A stretch of 64,000 nt of DNA from Tubulanus polymorphus (GCF_964204645.1 NC_134036.1:6044600-6108599), one strand, 5' to 3'. Shown: positions 13,501 through 27,256, numbered from the stretch's first letter. The notes: generated from the sequence alone by a model not told the origin. Numbers and translations are program-made.

Positions 13501-16499
13501 CGAACAATGAAATAATTCTAGATTCAGCAGCTGAAGCATCGCATTTAACAAAAAATGACACAGTTTTGCTTCGTGGAAATCCGTTTCCCGACATCGTTTT
13601 CAATGTCTCGAGGTGCACAATTGGCTGGGTAAGCATAGATAAACAATGCTACCAAATTCTGACAGATTGGAACAATCATCGTGGTTTGGATATAAAAACA
13701 GCGAAATCGATGTGTCAAAGCATCCGTGCTGAAATAGGTGCGGTAACTGTTTACACAGAAAACGATACAATGAACTTGATATCAAAATTTAACTTTCAAC
13801 ATCAATATAGCTCTATACTAACACTGACTTCTAATGACCGACTTATAGTTATAATTCCGATAATCACTAGAGATAAAATAACTTTCATTCAATCAGTCAA
13901 ATGGACGATGAAACAGTTTGATAATGCTACAGATACAGCGCATTCTGTTTTGTGTTCATACAATGTAACTGATGAAGAGTTGGCTTCTATAAGCGGTTGT
14001 AAATCGTGGCAGTTTAAATGTAACGATCAAAGATGTATCAGCGACCATCGCGTATGTGATACCAGACACGACTGTCAACACGGTGAAGATGAACTGAGTT
14101 GTTCGCATATCAATTTACACAGTCAGTTTCAATGCGATGATGGCCAGGTTATATCAATAAGTGGTTTCTGTGATTTCATACAGGATTGTGTGGATGGTTC
14201 AGATGAGAACTCGTGTTTTCATCCATCGTGTTCGTCCGAGCAATATCGATGCGCAACTGGTCAATGTGTCAGTATATCAAACAGATGTGACGGAGTCACT
14301 AATTGTGAAGACGGCTCCGATGAAATGGGATGTACTGCTCAATTGTGTCAAGGGTTCCTGTGTAACAGTGGAGACTGTATCAGTGCTCAGTTGTATCAGG
14401 ATGGAGTCGTGGATTGTAGCGGAAGCCTTGAGGAAGATGAATTAGTAACAACTACTAATCTTATAATGGATCCTACGGTTAATTGCAATGATGAAAACCA
14501 TTGTACGACTAACTTCACAAATCTCTGTACGGAATCTGATGAACAAAGATGTTCTTTCAATTCTCTTCATTGTTATTCAAGACGTCACAGATGTATTCAA
14601 GAAAGAAATACGAATGGTTACCCGGTTTGTAGGAATCTTGAGCACGTGTTGAGATGTGAAGAATTTGAATGTCCAGCTGGTACTGTAAAATGCCCAGCAT
14701 CGTACTGTATACCGATCAGACAGGTGTGCGATGGTCGATCAGATTGTCCCAATTCAGAAGATGAGCAAAAATGCGAGACATTTTTATGTCCAGGAATGTT
14801 CAAATGTGTTAAGGAAAATCGATGTATTCCTCAATCTGAAGTTTGCGATGGTGTCGTAAATTGTAAAAATACAACCGATGACGAGGCTTTCTGTGAGGTC
14901 ACGTGTCCTAGAGGTTGCAAGTGTCGAGGATATATGATTAATTGTGGTAATACTGGTCTAACAGATATCACTGGTCTTTTCTCTGCATCAACACGAGTTC
15001 TTATCTTGTCCAAAAACGAAATCAATTTCAACAAGTCGACTTATTCTTCACTTAACTATCTTTACATTCTCAACATCTCCTCCAATGATTTGCCTCATAT
15101 TTCACCTAACTCGTTCTCAAACCTGCATAATCTACATATATTAGATCTTACGTACAACAATTTAACGACCTTATCACCACATACATTCACCGGTTTGCGA
15201 AGTTTAATAGAGTTATCTTTAACTGGAAATCCACTTAGACATTTGGAAGAAGGTAGTTTTCTTGGATTAAGGTCGCTTCGATGTCTTGATCTTCACGGAC
15301 TTTCTCTGTTCACTATAAGTGAACATGTTTTTGCAGGTCTCTCCTCGGTACAAACTCTGAACATCAGCGGGAACAAAATCTTGTTTATTTCAATGTACGC
15401 TTTTTCCGGGTTGAATGAACTTAAAATCCTTGACATCACCAACAATTCGAAATCGATTACTGTTGACGGAAATGTTTTCGACAAACTGACAACATTGGTC
15501 TCCCTAACGTCTGATGCTTACAAATTTTGTTGCATGACTCCGAATGTTGACCACTGCCTTCCCGAAGCTGATCAATTTTCCTCCTGTTCTGACCTGATGG
15601 GTAACTCAGTACTCAGAGCTATAATCTGGGTTATTTCGGTGTTCACCTTCGTTTCAAATAACATCGTTATTTTATTTCGTTTTCGATCAATTCGATTTCG
15701 ATCCCGCGAAACGCAAAACACATCATCTGACATCCTCATCATCAATATCGCAGCTTGTGACTTTCTGATGTCGATTTATTTGTTTTTGATCGCGGGAGCA
15801 GATTACGTTTATAAAGGAGTTTATTTCCTGAATTCAGATACTTGGACGGACAGTTCCTTGTGCAGTTTTGCTGGTGTCTTGGTGACTATTTCTTGCGAGG
15901 GCTCGTTGACTTTTCTATGCATCCTAACGCGTCATAGATTCTCAAATATCGTTAATCCATTTTCTGGGAGCCCGATTACATCTCCGAGATATAGGTCTAT
16001 CATTTGTGGCGTTTGTTGGGTTTATATAAGTACAATTTCTATAATACCACTGTCTGAATTTTCTTATTTCGGCATAAAATTTTACGGTACTACAGGAGTT
16101 TGTTTACCCATGAATTTGGTGTCAACTGATGTCAAAGCCTGGCAATATTCATTCGCTATTTTCGCCGTGATTAACTCTGTCCTACTTGCCACGATAATGG
16201 CCACTTATGTTCAAATGTACAGAGTCGTATCAGGAAGCAGGACGGGTTCGGGTAGAATCGACCCTACCGAACTGGTGTTAGCACGCAGGAGTTTGGTGAT
16301 AAATCTTTGTAATTTATTTTGCTGGCTGCCGTTAATTATCGTTCAGTTTTGTGCGGTATTTCGGGTAGAAATACCGAATCAGGTGGCGGCTTGGCTGGCG
16401 GTTCTTTTTTTACCGATCAACTCGTCCCTCAATCCCCTTCTTTACACCATACTGACTATCGATATGAAATCCGTAGTTGCGAAGACTAAACGCAGGTAG
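10519..16499 (+). CDS. R1: GRL101-like (LGR type C-related) GPCR with CUB-like, C-type lectin-like, LDLa, LRR and 7TM domains (~1939 aa)
   Basis: Exons 10519-11739, 11830-13164, 13236-16499; phase-0 GT-AG introns of 90 and 71 nt join the three long ORFs in frame. Motifs: CUB SGYIVSPNYP/DG..GPYC; CTLD WENAELYC..GHLLSINS..IGL..WTDG; LDLa CDGxxDCxxGSDE; LRRNT CPRGCKC; LRRs; hinge SDAYKFCC..FSSCSDLM; 7TM CWLP, NPLLY. Confidence 0.92.
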
Positions 16500-16775
16500 C
16501 ATTAGTATAAAGAAACGAACACGAACAAAAACTCCAAAAACCCGGATAACCTTTTAAAAAAGGTATAGAAAGATTAAAATACCAGCGATTTATTGATTCT
16601 TATTTGGTGGACGAATGTGTGCGTCTAGCTCCGGTCAAATGGACCTCCGGGCCTTCATTGAAGCGCTTGTTTTCCCTCAGTAGACTCTCGGAGCCAGTCC
16701 ATAGTCGAGACATACCACCAAAAGTGGGTTTAAATCTCAAGTCTGGTCTTAAGTTGTTAGATTGGCTACAGAACT

Positions 16776-17270
16776 ATAAAATTGTAGATATTTAACTAAA
16801 TCTAGCCTAAATGAACATAGCATTTTTAAGTCAAGTTTATGATTTATTTTTTTCTATTTTACAAATATTGTCTTATATTCTATAATTCATTGATGTTACT
16901 GCGGGTAGCGTGTCTGTCCGTCAGTTTGGGAGTGTCAGACTGTTTGCTGTTTTAGAAATGTACTTGAAGTATCGGTTAGTTTGTATTGCTTGACAAGTTT
17001 GTTTATTGATATCCACCTTCTGGTCACTGCCGCTCTTGGTGTCTCTGCGTATTACGTAATAGTACCTTGTTGAAATTTTTGGAAAGATATAAGAGATTCG
17101 AGTTGTAGCTTTTGAGCGGGTTGGATGTCCAGCCTCGTCTCCCCGATATACCGCTGACAATAAAGCGAAATTTACAGAACGTTTTACAGAACTCAAAGAA
17201 CGTTTTCTCATCGTTGGTTTCCTGATCGTCGACTTTACCGCGCGGTTGCCAAAGATGAAATCTCAAGGTG
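16776..17270 (-). mobile_element. Possible truncated retroelement insertion splitting a MITE copy
   Basis: The two halves of the dispersed MITE lie on either side, with an approximate duplication CTACAGAACT / CTATAGAACC. An AT-rich tail with minus-strand AATAAA lies near 16843. Confidence 0.3.
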
Positions 17271-18008
17271 CTATAGAACCAAGGTGGTCTCAGACTGGCC
17301 TTAAGTCTCAGCCCTGTCTATGGAACCGGCCTCTGTAGATTTGTAAATTGTAAATGTAGTTTTCATTTCAAAGTTGCATTACGCGATAATGAAATACGCG
17401 CAGTTTCACTTAATTTCTTCAGAGATTGTTAGTGAAGTTCCAAAAATGATGTTCACCCAATATAGACCAGCAGGAGACCGATAGAAGTCGGAAATTGGGA
17501 TTGCAATTTAGGTTTCTTCCCTTGAAATCAGATGCTCACTGATTATATATACATTATATTTATTAGCTCCTATAGAGGCATCACTAAGTTAGCATTGTTG
17601 TAGTTTAACGAGTATTTTTGTGTCACAACCACCTTGCATGATAAATCAGATTTGAAAATGCCTCGCGGTATTGAGTCGCGTAGTCAAGTATTCGTCGTTT
17701 TGTTTCGACGCCTTTAAAAAACCGTTGCAACGATGTTTATATACATCGATACCTCGCGTTATTCGAGGAGTTATGTGCGAGTCGATGCGCACTTCGTCGT
17801 CAATATCGTCGGTTCAAAATAACGATTACAATTATCGAAATAAACGTTTCCTTTTCTATCGGGCAAAATCGTGCTACTAGTTAAAAAATAATACCAGGGT
17901 TAATCCGCATTTTAAAGATCGAGAAAACTTGCGCTACAAAAGGGCCATCTATCGGTGTTGAAATGGAAAGCTCGTATCCGTATGGCCCAACGAATAGCGA
18001 ATGATTTC

Positions 18009-18061
18009 GCGTGCATGAAGTAGCTGGTGACTTGACAAGTCGCTAGCTACTTCATGCACGC
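18009..18061. repeat. 53-bp near-perfect hairpin
   Basis: GCGTGCATGAAGTAGC...GCTACTTCATGCACGC. Confidence 0.8.
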
Positions 18062-18298
18062 CAACTACGCCAACAACGCCAGAGTTGTAATTTCACGTGA
18101 CCAGGGATGATTTTTTTCCAAGAATGACGATATAATATCTAATTTGAAAAATTTCCGATGTGTGGTGTTTGTTGTTCATTTTCGATTCAACATTGCCTCG
18201 GGCGAAGCGCTAAACACACTGAAGTGTGCACGATGAACATTAGGTGTAATGTGGAAGGGTATTGCATGACCGAGGAGATACAATATCGGCAGCGCCAT

Positions 18299-18410
18299 GC
18301 CAGTGACAGCGACAGCAGCAGCAGCAGCAGCAGCAGCAGTGGCGGCGGCAGCAGTAGCGGCAACAACAGCGCCAGCGGCAGCAGTAGCGGTGGCGGCAGC
18401 GGCAACAGCG
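18299..18410. repeat. Imperfect (GCA/GCG)n trinucleotide repeat
   Basis: Directly visible; produces spurious poly-Ala/Ser/Leu ORFs. Confidence 0.85.
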
Positions 18411-20326
18411 AGTACCAGGCTACAGAATAATACTCGCGATTTAGATTTCATGTTCGAAGTTAAAATGGTAATTAAATAGTTAAATAACTAATCTTTTTAT
18501 ACATAGTTCGTCTTTTGTTTTGACCTATGTTTACGATCTTCGCTCGGTAGATGGGCTGACTTTTACAAAACAGCTCATTCTAATTGCCCTGTTCGAGATG
18601 GTTAGGTTTTAGATCGTTTTTATCGGTTTCTTCCATTAATTGTTTTCTGAAATTTTAGCTACTTTAGTTAATATAAATCGTCGCCGAACGGTTCCGGTCT
18701 ACGGAAAATGTATATGAATAATTGCAATTCAGTTTTTGAGGAATCGCTTTAAATTAAGAATTTACACTAAGAATTCCCGTTTTATCGGCAATTGTTGATA
18801 AACTGTGAATCGGAATAGTTCGTTTTGTCAATCTATTTTGATTTTCGCTATCGAATATATGCAATATACGCGGCGACCCGTAGATGTATTGTCTACAATC
18901 GCCTTCGCTCGATAAAGAGACGCGTGACATTATCTAGGTCACTGCGGATCGAATCGGGTTTGACGACATGATTTAACATCCATAGACGTATATACAGACT
19001 TGTATACAGACTCTTTTAACCGTTGACCATTAGGAGTACATGGGTAAAGGGAGATCGACTATTCGCAAAAATTCAAACCGAAAGATAAATTTTCTGCAGT
19101 ACCGCTATCGAAAACAAACGTTTCGATAGATAGGCCACGGCATCTTTGTCGACTGTCTCTTTCAAAGCGGATCGTTTTAATACGAATTGAACTATCTTGT
19201 TAGACGTTTGAGAAGACATCTTCGTGGATTTATATAGTATGCATTTTGTGAGGAAGGCAATTGTCGATGTTGTGTTTTGGAGGAATTAATTCGCTTACAG
19301 TTATGAAACCGAGCGCATTGGTGTCGGGTGAAAATGGTTCGTACCTCGAAGCGACACGAACAGGTAAGCATTCGTTTTTCAGTCGAGGATAAAGTCGAAA
19401 AGTGGCCTTTAAAACCCACTCAATGGCAATGTTACATGGGGAGTGGCAGTGAAAACCTCGTGGCATGGGCAAGGTCACTTCATAGGTGACTGACCGACAT
19501 ACCTAATTGTCCGCTAGATGGCGAACTAGTCGATGGTGGCTGCTCTAACTGCACTGTGGCGTGCTTTGTACTGTCTTACAGTCGTTGAGATGCCCAAACA
19601 CTGATAGATGGCGGAATTTTCGGAAAAGGTTTTTTTTTTTCAAAAATCGTTTTTTTCGGACCTCAGGCACTTTTTCTAAATACAGCATGGAATGGGTTTT
19701 AATGTTAATCGATTGGTTTCAGTTAGAATGACTATAAAACTAGACGTCCTAAATCTAAGCCATGACTATGGAAACGCTCCCTGAAGTTTTCATTTTTCTT
19801 TTGGTGGGAGTGACCATCGACGTTGTAGATGCTCGAAATATGTTTTTATTGGGGGCCTCGTAATGATTTGTAATTATTTTCATTAACGAAATGTCACGTA
19901 AATCGCGTAAAGCATATGAAAACAATGGACCATTTCATGAAATTGAGATATGATATTTTTACCCTAGAAAACGAGAAACCTAGAACCCTCCGCACATGGG
20001 CAGTTCGGGTTCCTGATCTGAATGATGACTATTTAGTGTTGAGTCTATATGAAATGAGCGACTTCCACACGACGTGAAAGTATTACTTCCCATTAAAGTC
20101 ATTGCAGATGTTGATACCTTGGTAAAATCTAGTAATCGAGTAAATTCAGTAAAGTGAGGATGTATATTGTGAAAAACATACTATCAAAGGACTGAACTAA
20201 ACATTTTTCAGAATAATGTCTAGTGTTATTCTATACGTTCTACATGACACGTTTCCACCATAAAATGAAATGGACACATCGTTTGGACTGGAAATACGAC
20301 CCTGTGTTGGGTAAGACTGGGGCTAT

Positions 20327-23300
20327 TTATTTTTCCTTATGTTGCCTGCGTTTAGCTTTTTCGCGTATGGATTTCACATCGATAGTCAGTATTGTGTAAA
20401 GAAGGGGATTGAGGGACGAGTTGATCGGTAAGAAAAGAACCGCCAGCCAAGCCGCCACCTGATTCGGTATTTCTACCCGTAATACCGCGCAAAACTGAAC
20501 GATAATTAACGGCAGCCAGCAAAATAAATTACAAAGATTTATCACCAAACTCCTACGTGCCAAAATAAGTTCGGTAGGATCGATTCTACCCGAACCAGAC
20601 CTACTTCCAGATACGAGTCTGAACATTTGAACATAAGTCCCCATTATCGTAGCGAGTATGAAAGAGTTGGATAATGAAAAAATAGCGAATGAATATTGCC
20701 AGGCTTTCACATCGATTGAAATCAAATTCATAGGTAAACAAACTCCAGTTGTACCGTAGAAATTGTTTCCAAAGTAAGGGATAGGTATCAGAGGTAACAA
20801 GGCAATAGCACACAAAATAATCCAACATGTGCAACAAATAATGCACACATATCTAAGAGATGTAATCGGGCTTCCAGAAAATGGATAAACGATTTTTGAA
20901 AACCTATGACGCGTCATTATAAGCAAAAACATCAACGAACCTTCACACGAAATACTGACCACGACTCCAGCAAGACGACAAAACAAACTGTCAGTCCATG
21001 ATTCCGAATAGAGAAAGTAAATACCTTTATAAACATAATCGGCTCCTGCGATTGAAAACAAAAACATAGACATCATAAAATCACACACAGCAACATTAAT
21101 GATGATGATGTCTGAGGATAGTTTTGAGGAGGATAATCGAATGGCTTGAATTCGAAGGGAGATGACAATTCCATTAGCGATGAGACTGAATGAAGCGATG
21201 ACCCAAATGATAGCTCTGAGGACTGTGTTACCCATCAGGTCAGAACAGGAGGAAAAGTGATCAGCTTCAGGAAGGCACTGGTCAACATTCGGTGCCATGC
21301 AGCAAAATTTGTAAGCATCAGATCTTAGGGACACTAATGACGTCAAATTGTTGAAAACATTTCGTTCGACTGAAATAGCTTTGTAGTTGTTGGATATATC
21401 AAGAATTTCAAGTGCAGTTAATCCAGAAAATGCATAAAGCGAAATACGATGGATTCAGTTACTGCTGATATTCAACGACTGTAATGTAGGTAAACCTCGA
21501 AATACATTCCTACCGAGCACTAACAATCTCAGTCTGTGAAGGTCGAGAACTTTAAGGGACTTCAAATCGTTGAAGGTATCGTCCTCTAAATGTCTTAATG
21601 GATTTTCAGTTATCAATAACTCGTTCAAACTATACAAACCGGTGAATGTATTTGCAGATAATGATGTTATCTTGTTGCATGTCAGGTCTAATGTATGCAG
21701 ATTATGCAGGTTTGTGAACGAGTTTGGTAAAATATGAGACAATTTATTGGAGGAGATGTTCAGCATTCGCAAATAGATATATGAATACAATGTCGACATT
21801 TCCAAGATAATATCATTATTTGACAAAATTAAAACTCGAGTTGATGCCGAGAAAATACCATTAATATATGTTAACCCAGTATTTCCACAGTCGATTAAAT
21901 GGCCTTGACACTTACAGACGCTAGGACATGTTACGTTACAGAAAGCTTCGTCATCAGTTGTATGTTTACAACTAACGACGCCATCACAGATTGTGTGACT
22001 TCAGATTGTGGAATACATCGATTTTCCTGACCACAGTTAAACATTCCTGGACATGAAAATGCCTCGCAGTTTTGCTCATCTTCTGAATTAGGACAATCTG
22101 ATTGACCATCGCACACCTGTCTCATTGGTATACAATAGGATGCTGGACATTTTACAGTACCAGCTGGACATTCAAATTCTTCACATCTCAATACGTGCTC
22201 GAGATTTCTACAGACTGGGAATCCATTTGTCACTCTATCTAGAATACATCTGTGACGTCTTGAATAACAATGAGGTGAATCAAATGAAAATCTTTGTTCG
22301 TCAGATTCTGCGCATAGATTTGTGAAGTTAGTCGTACAGTGGTTTTCATTATTACAATGGGCCTTAGGGTCCACTGTAACATCAGTAGTTATTAGTAATT
22401 CATCTTCTTCAAGGCTTCCACTACAATCCACGACACCATCCTGATACAACTGCCAACTGATACAGGCTCCGCTGTTACACAGAAATCCCTGACACAGCTT
22501 AGTGTTGCATCCGATTTCGTCCGAACTGTCTTTACAACTAGTGACTCCATTACATCTGTCAGAACCACTGACACATTGACCACTTTTGCAGCGAAATTGT
22601 TCGGACAAACACGGGGTATGAAAACACGAGTTCTCATCAGAACCATCTAAACAATCCTGAATGAAATCACAGAAACCACTTATTGATATGACTTGACCAT
22701 CACTGCATTGGAACTGACTGTGTAAATTGATATATGCACAATTCAGTTCATCTTCACCGTGCTGACAGTCGTGTCTGGTATCACACACACGATGGTCGCT
22801 TATACATCTTTGATCGTTACATTCAAACTGCCATGATTTACAACCTCTTATAGAAGCTAAATCTTCATCAGTTACATTGTAGGAACACAGTACAGAATAC
22901 GCTGTATCTGTCGCATTATCAAACTCTTTAATCATCCAGTTAACTGATATATAAATATAACTTATTTCATCCCTGGTAACAATTGGTTTTATTATTCGCC
23001 CGTGTTTCCTTAGCTCATTTATTAGAATAGCGCTAAATTGGTGCCGATAATGAAAACTATTAATCAACAGTTCAGCGTGTATCAGATCCTGTACCGTACC
23101 TATTTCACCGTGGATGTCATGACACATTTCTTTCGCACGCACAATGTCTAAACTTTGATTTTTGTTCCAATATGTCAATATCTGATAACATTTCCCAGTG
23201 ACACTTAGCCAATCTCTTGTACAAGTAGCATTTATTGAATTATTCCATACGTGTTGTTTATTAGTTTGGGATGACGCATTATTTGTTGAATTTCGCTCCA

Positions 23301-26300
23301 GCTCGGTAATATATTTATTGTTGTCAATTCTTTCCACTTCACAAATGAAACTCGTGTGAACCTCTTCGATTTTGCAGGGGATTCGAACCCAGTTGGCTGA
23401 TCCTCGTGGATTATTCTGTATCATCGCCGTACACGGCATATTGACGTCATTTATCGGTTGTTTTCTTAGAGGAGATATCAATCCTCGAATAACTTCTGGT
23501 ATCGTGTCGTTATTTGTAGGTTTATACCACTCTGTGTAGCTCAATGGTTTTCCATCAGTCCAAGTGTAATAACCAGATCTAACCTAAAAAAATCAACAAT
23601 ATTTCGTTGCTGTTTCAATGAGTTCAACTGCGGATAAGAAACATTGTTCATTACATGGCACAAGTCCGGAGATGCTTAATTGCTAAGACAGACAAACAAT
23701 CTTATCATGTAGAAACCGGTTGATTTCTTTTCGATGTCAAATAGAAACAGATCATTTATCTATAAACGAAGCAATGAAACTTATTTCTTGCACTGGTTCG
23801 ACCTCTTTTTAAAAGGAACGTACAAAAGTACGATTGTGGCTCAGCCATGCATAGCTTGTTCTTTTCACACATCAACGTTCCATCCTCGAGCAAACCTCCA
23901 GGTCTGCTAATCTTATTTCCAAACATGTATTTCAATTATAGTTAATGAATAATTAAGCTTAAAGCTGTGGCAACACTTTAAAGACACCCGGTAAAGTACA
24001 ACCCAGGTGTTACAACTTACTATCATTTACCTCTATCTTAAGTCCAATCATCATTACGGGCGCTTTCTGTGAATAGACCTCGTTGGTCACAGGGCTTGTA
24101 GCGAAAAGTCTTTTAATAGAAATCATTTCCTGTTCTGAATTGATACTGAGTAGATGTCCCGCGTACTTCTGTCTACAGTACAATTCAGCATTCTCCCAAT
24201 TCAGACGTTCATCTCTGATGTATTTTACGCATGCAATTCCCGAATATAGAAACCCTAATTTACAGACATTATCACGTTGTTTTACCGGTAACTGTTTTTC
24301 TAAAATGAATCGTATTTCAAACGTGGGTATTCGGTTTTTCACCTCGAACCAAAACGAAGTACAAAAAAGACTGTAAAATGTAACTCCCGGTTCAGCAAAC
24401 GTATCGCATAGTTTCATTACGTGTTGGGCCTTGCTGCTGTAGTAACCTATTTCCTGGACGAACGTGACAGATTCCAGATTGAATCGGGATTCCCTGACGC
24501 ACGGCGTCTTTTCCATATTTTTTATGACGAATCGGTAAAACTGAATTAGGGTTCGCGTGTATTTGAACTTAAATATGTATTCTAATGTAACAGTCGACAT
24601 TCCGGCAGATCCCGGATAATTGGGAGACTGAATGATTCCACAGTCCAAATCACTTCGCCTTTTTAACGAGCTAATGAGTGTGTCATGTCTCCTCAACCTT
24701 TGGCAAATACGCCGCAATTCAACGATGAATGGGAATCTTGAAATGAAATTCGCTTCCCCGAATGTTACAGTGTGTAGTATGAGACTGTTGTTGAGACGCT
24801 GAATGCTGAGAGTCATGTATGAAATACATTCTATGGTAGGTGGCATATGATCAGGGTTGCAACGGTCAATTTCATATTCGTGCTGTGAGAATATGTGAAT
24901 TCTATGCAGTGGAATTCTTCGGTTTTCGGGTGCAATCCTGAAACATCGTGACGTATGCACTGTCACCTGGTTTTCTCCTTCCCGTAGATTGTAACCGTCA
25001 CAATCAGTCGGACGTAAAATTAAAGTACCACCGCTTGTCCACGTAAGCTTAGTTCGAATGTTAGAATAGCCTACTACGATAACCGATCCGCCTGATGTAA
25101 TCACACTGACGACACTTCGGTGGTAACCCCGTGAACCGGGACAATACGGACCGTATCGTCTAGCTGTGAAATTACCACCGTCGTATATGTAAAATCCAAC
25201 TCGCTCGCAGTTTTCTGACAGCACAGCGATATCAAGTTCCTTCTCGTATATTACGGTTTTCCAAATGAATTCATAAAGATTCACGAAATACTTCATCGTC
25301 CAGGTCGACAATGGAAGCAGCGAGTAAGCTCCCATCGATACATGTCGTTTTCGATATATCTAAATATATAAGATTCATGGGAAAGATTTATTCATTTTTT
25401 CAATGCAAAATACCTCGCAAGAGTTAAAATCCGATGAAATCCATAATTTTGAATTTACCCGTCGTTTATGAATGTGAAGTTCTGACATCGATATTGATTT
25501 CATTCTGAACTCAATTCTGAAATTCGTTTCTGTGATTTTCGGTATCGTTAGAACGCACAGTATGACGAGAAAGCCGTCAGATTTGACATTCAGCGATTTC
25601 AGGGCGTTGTAACCGAGTAAAATATCAGTTCCTACAACGCGTAACCCTTCTAGTTTATATACTCCAATGACGTCACCGGACGTGACGAGATCACGTGTCC
25701 AGTTGAAGACGACGTACTGTAACACCTGCACGGTGATAGACCAGCAGTGTAAGTGTTTTGATCGAGTTATTACGTGTAAACTGTTGTCATCGGGAATGAG
25801 CACTCCCGATTCGTTATTAGAGATCTGAATCAACGAATTAGAGACGTTCCAATCTGATATTTTGTATATCCAAACTAAAAGTTTAGTCGTTGTTTTGTGG
25901 TGATATGTGGAAGAAATCATCGCCTTGTTAGTTTTCGCATAAAACGATGACGGCTGCTGTCCGCGTTGTACGCCTATAATCGCTATTGGTTCACTGTTGG
26001 TGTTCCAGCCATCATAGATTCGAAAACTCGCCGCTGGATCGATATCACCGTTGTGCCATGAATTTAGGTCGACAAATGTAAAATTCATCCCTAAACCAAC
26101 CGGGAGGGCGTCCCATTTTATGAACACATGACACTTTCTGCGATTCCAGAACATTTCGAATTTGTATCCGGTTGATAGGTGTAATTCATTCATTTTAAAG
26201 GACCATCGTCCACAGTTGTGACTGATTTTTATTTGGCTCCGCTCATAACGATATATGATATAAACCCGACTACCTCGCGCACCATCGACGTTATTCCTAA

Positions 26301-26682
26301 ACATCAACGAGATCGAATCGTTACGAACAACGTCGTATTTCCCTTCGCCACAGAAGGTTTTACCATCAACGAATTGATAGTTATCTATACAGAATATTGA
26401 CGGCTCGATGTCGTAGTGAACTTGGACGTGAAAAGTTCCCGGTAAAGAGCTGTTGATGAACCAACGACATTCAACACCGCGCGTCAACGACGGGTAATTC
26501 GGTGAAACGATGTAACCGGACGTAGAATCTAGCGGGTACCACGTTTTGTTACAAGACGAACTTACCGTCACAGACGATTGCTCGATAGAGTCTGCGCGAT
26601 CAGCGCGCGCGATGCGAACTCGACAGACGATCAGCGACGCTATAAACAGCGCTCTCAGTCGCTGCTCCATACCGAACAACAT
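20327..26682 (-). pseudogene. R2: GRL101-like GPCR paralogue with frameshift and premature stop (pseudogene or truncated secreted ectodomain)
   Basis: Exons 26682-25459, 25359-24031, 23583-20327 with intact GT-AG sites. An 8-nt insertion at 21989-21996 shifts the frame (stop at 21933-21931). An in-frame TGA at 21457-21455 stands where R4 has AGA. Confidence 0.85.
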
Positions 26683-26689
26683 CACTGCG

Positions 26690-26765
26690 ACAGAATGAAG
26701 GGAATTCGTCAAGTTTCGAAAATTCGTTTATTGGTCGGATCAGGATCCGTTCTCATCCAATCAGA
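26690..26765 (-). promoter_or_regulatory. Putative proximal promoter of receptor genes (Inr-like TCATTC plus CCAAT boxes)
   Basis: TCATTCTGTCGCAG lies just 5' of the ATG in R1, R2 and R3. CCAAT in both orientations at 26730-26734 and 26757-26761, conserved at 45015-45046 in R3. The CAG could instead be a splice acceptor. Confidence 0.35.
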
Positions 26766-27256
26766 AAAATTCACTCCGCCGAGTTGAAAATTCTTAAAAT
26801 ATTTTCAGAAAAAATACGCACGTATTTCCACCAACGAACGAAATTCAACCAAAGAAAAAAGTGATGCAACGGTATACAGAATTCCATCTTTTCATTTTTC
26901 GCAATTTCGTATTCTAGGTTTTATTTGTTCGAATATTTTATTTCTCATTACTATATGTTGTGTTCGTAAAGTCGTTATACGTCATGCTCTCAAAACAACG
27001 ATGCCCCGTTTTATAGACCAGTACAAACTTTAACCCGGGGTTAACTTGATTCATTTTCAATTGAGTTAGCCCCCGGTAAAAGATAATACCAGTCTATATA
27101 TAAAACCGGGCCCAGAATTTACCTGAGCAGGATAAAAAATCGAACATTCTTGTTCGATTCACCGATTCGATTCACCGATTCCGTAGACCTTTACCCACAG
27201 ATCTGTAGATAAAGCCAAACTGTATTCCTTCATATTGATTACGAACGTTAACTCTG

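Larger units (their letters stand above)
17944..19612. mobile_element. Possible non-autonomous DNA element between the convergent R1 and R2 3' ends
   Basis: Inverted pair GCCATCTATCGGTGTT (17944) / AACACTGATAGATGGC (19597-19612), 15/16 match; internal hairpin and GCA microsatellite. Confidence 0.3.

Noticed and set aside
12246-15484. Short overlapping and antisense ORFs within receptor exons
   Set aside because: Shadow frames of the main CDS; their recurrence in paralogues reflects sense-strand conservation.
10516-16499. Treating the three long ORFs of each receptor as separate genes (operon-like)
   Set aside because: Canonical phase-0 GT-AG introns at homologous positions in all four copies join them in frame; the second intron splits one lectin domain.
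18158-18479. Poly-Ser/Ala/Leu ORFs on both strands
   Set aside because: By-products of the GCA/GCG microsatellite; no splice or homology support.
21455-21457. Selenocysteine or readthrough at the in-frame TGA in R2
   Set aside because: It aligns to Arg (AGA) in R4, not Cys, and lies downstream of a frameshift.
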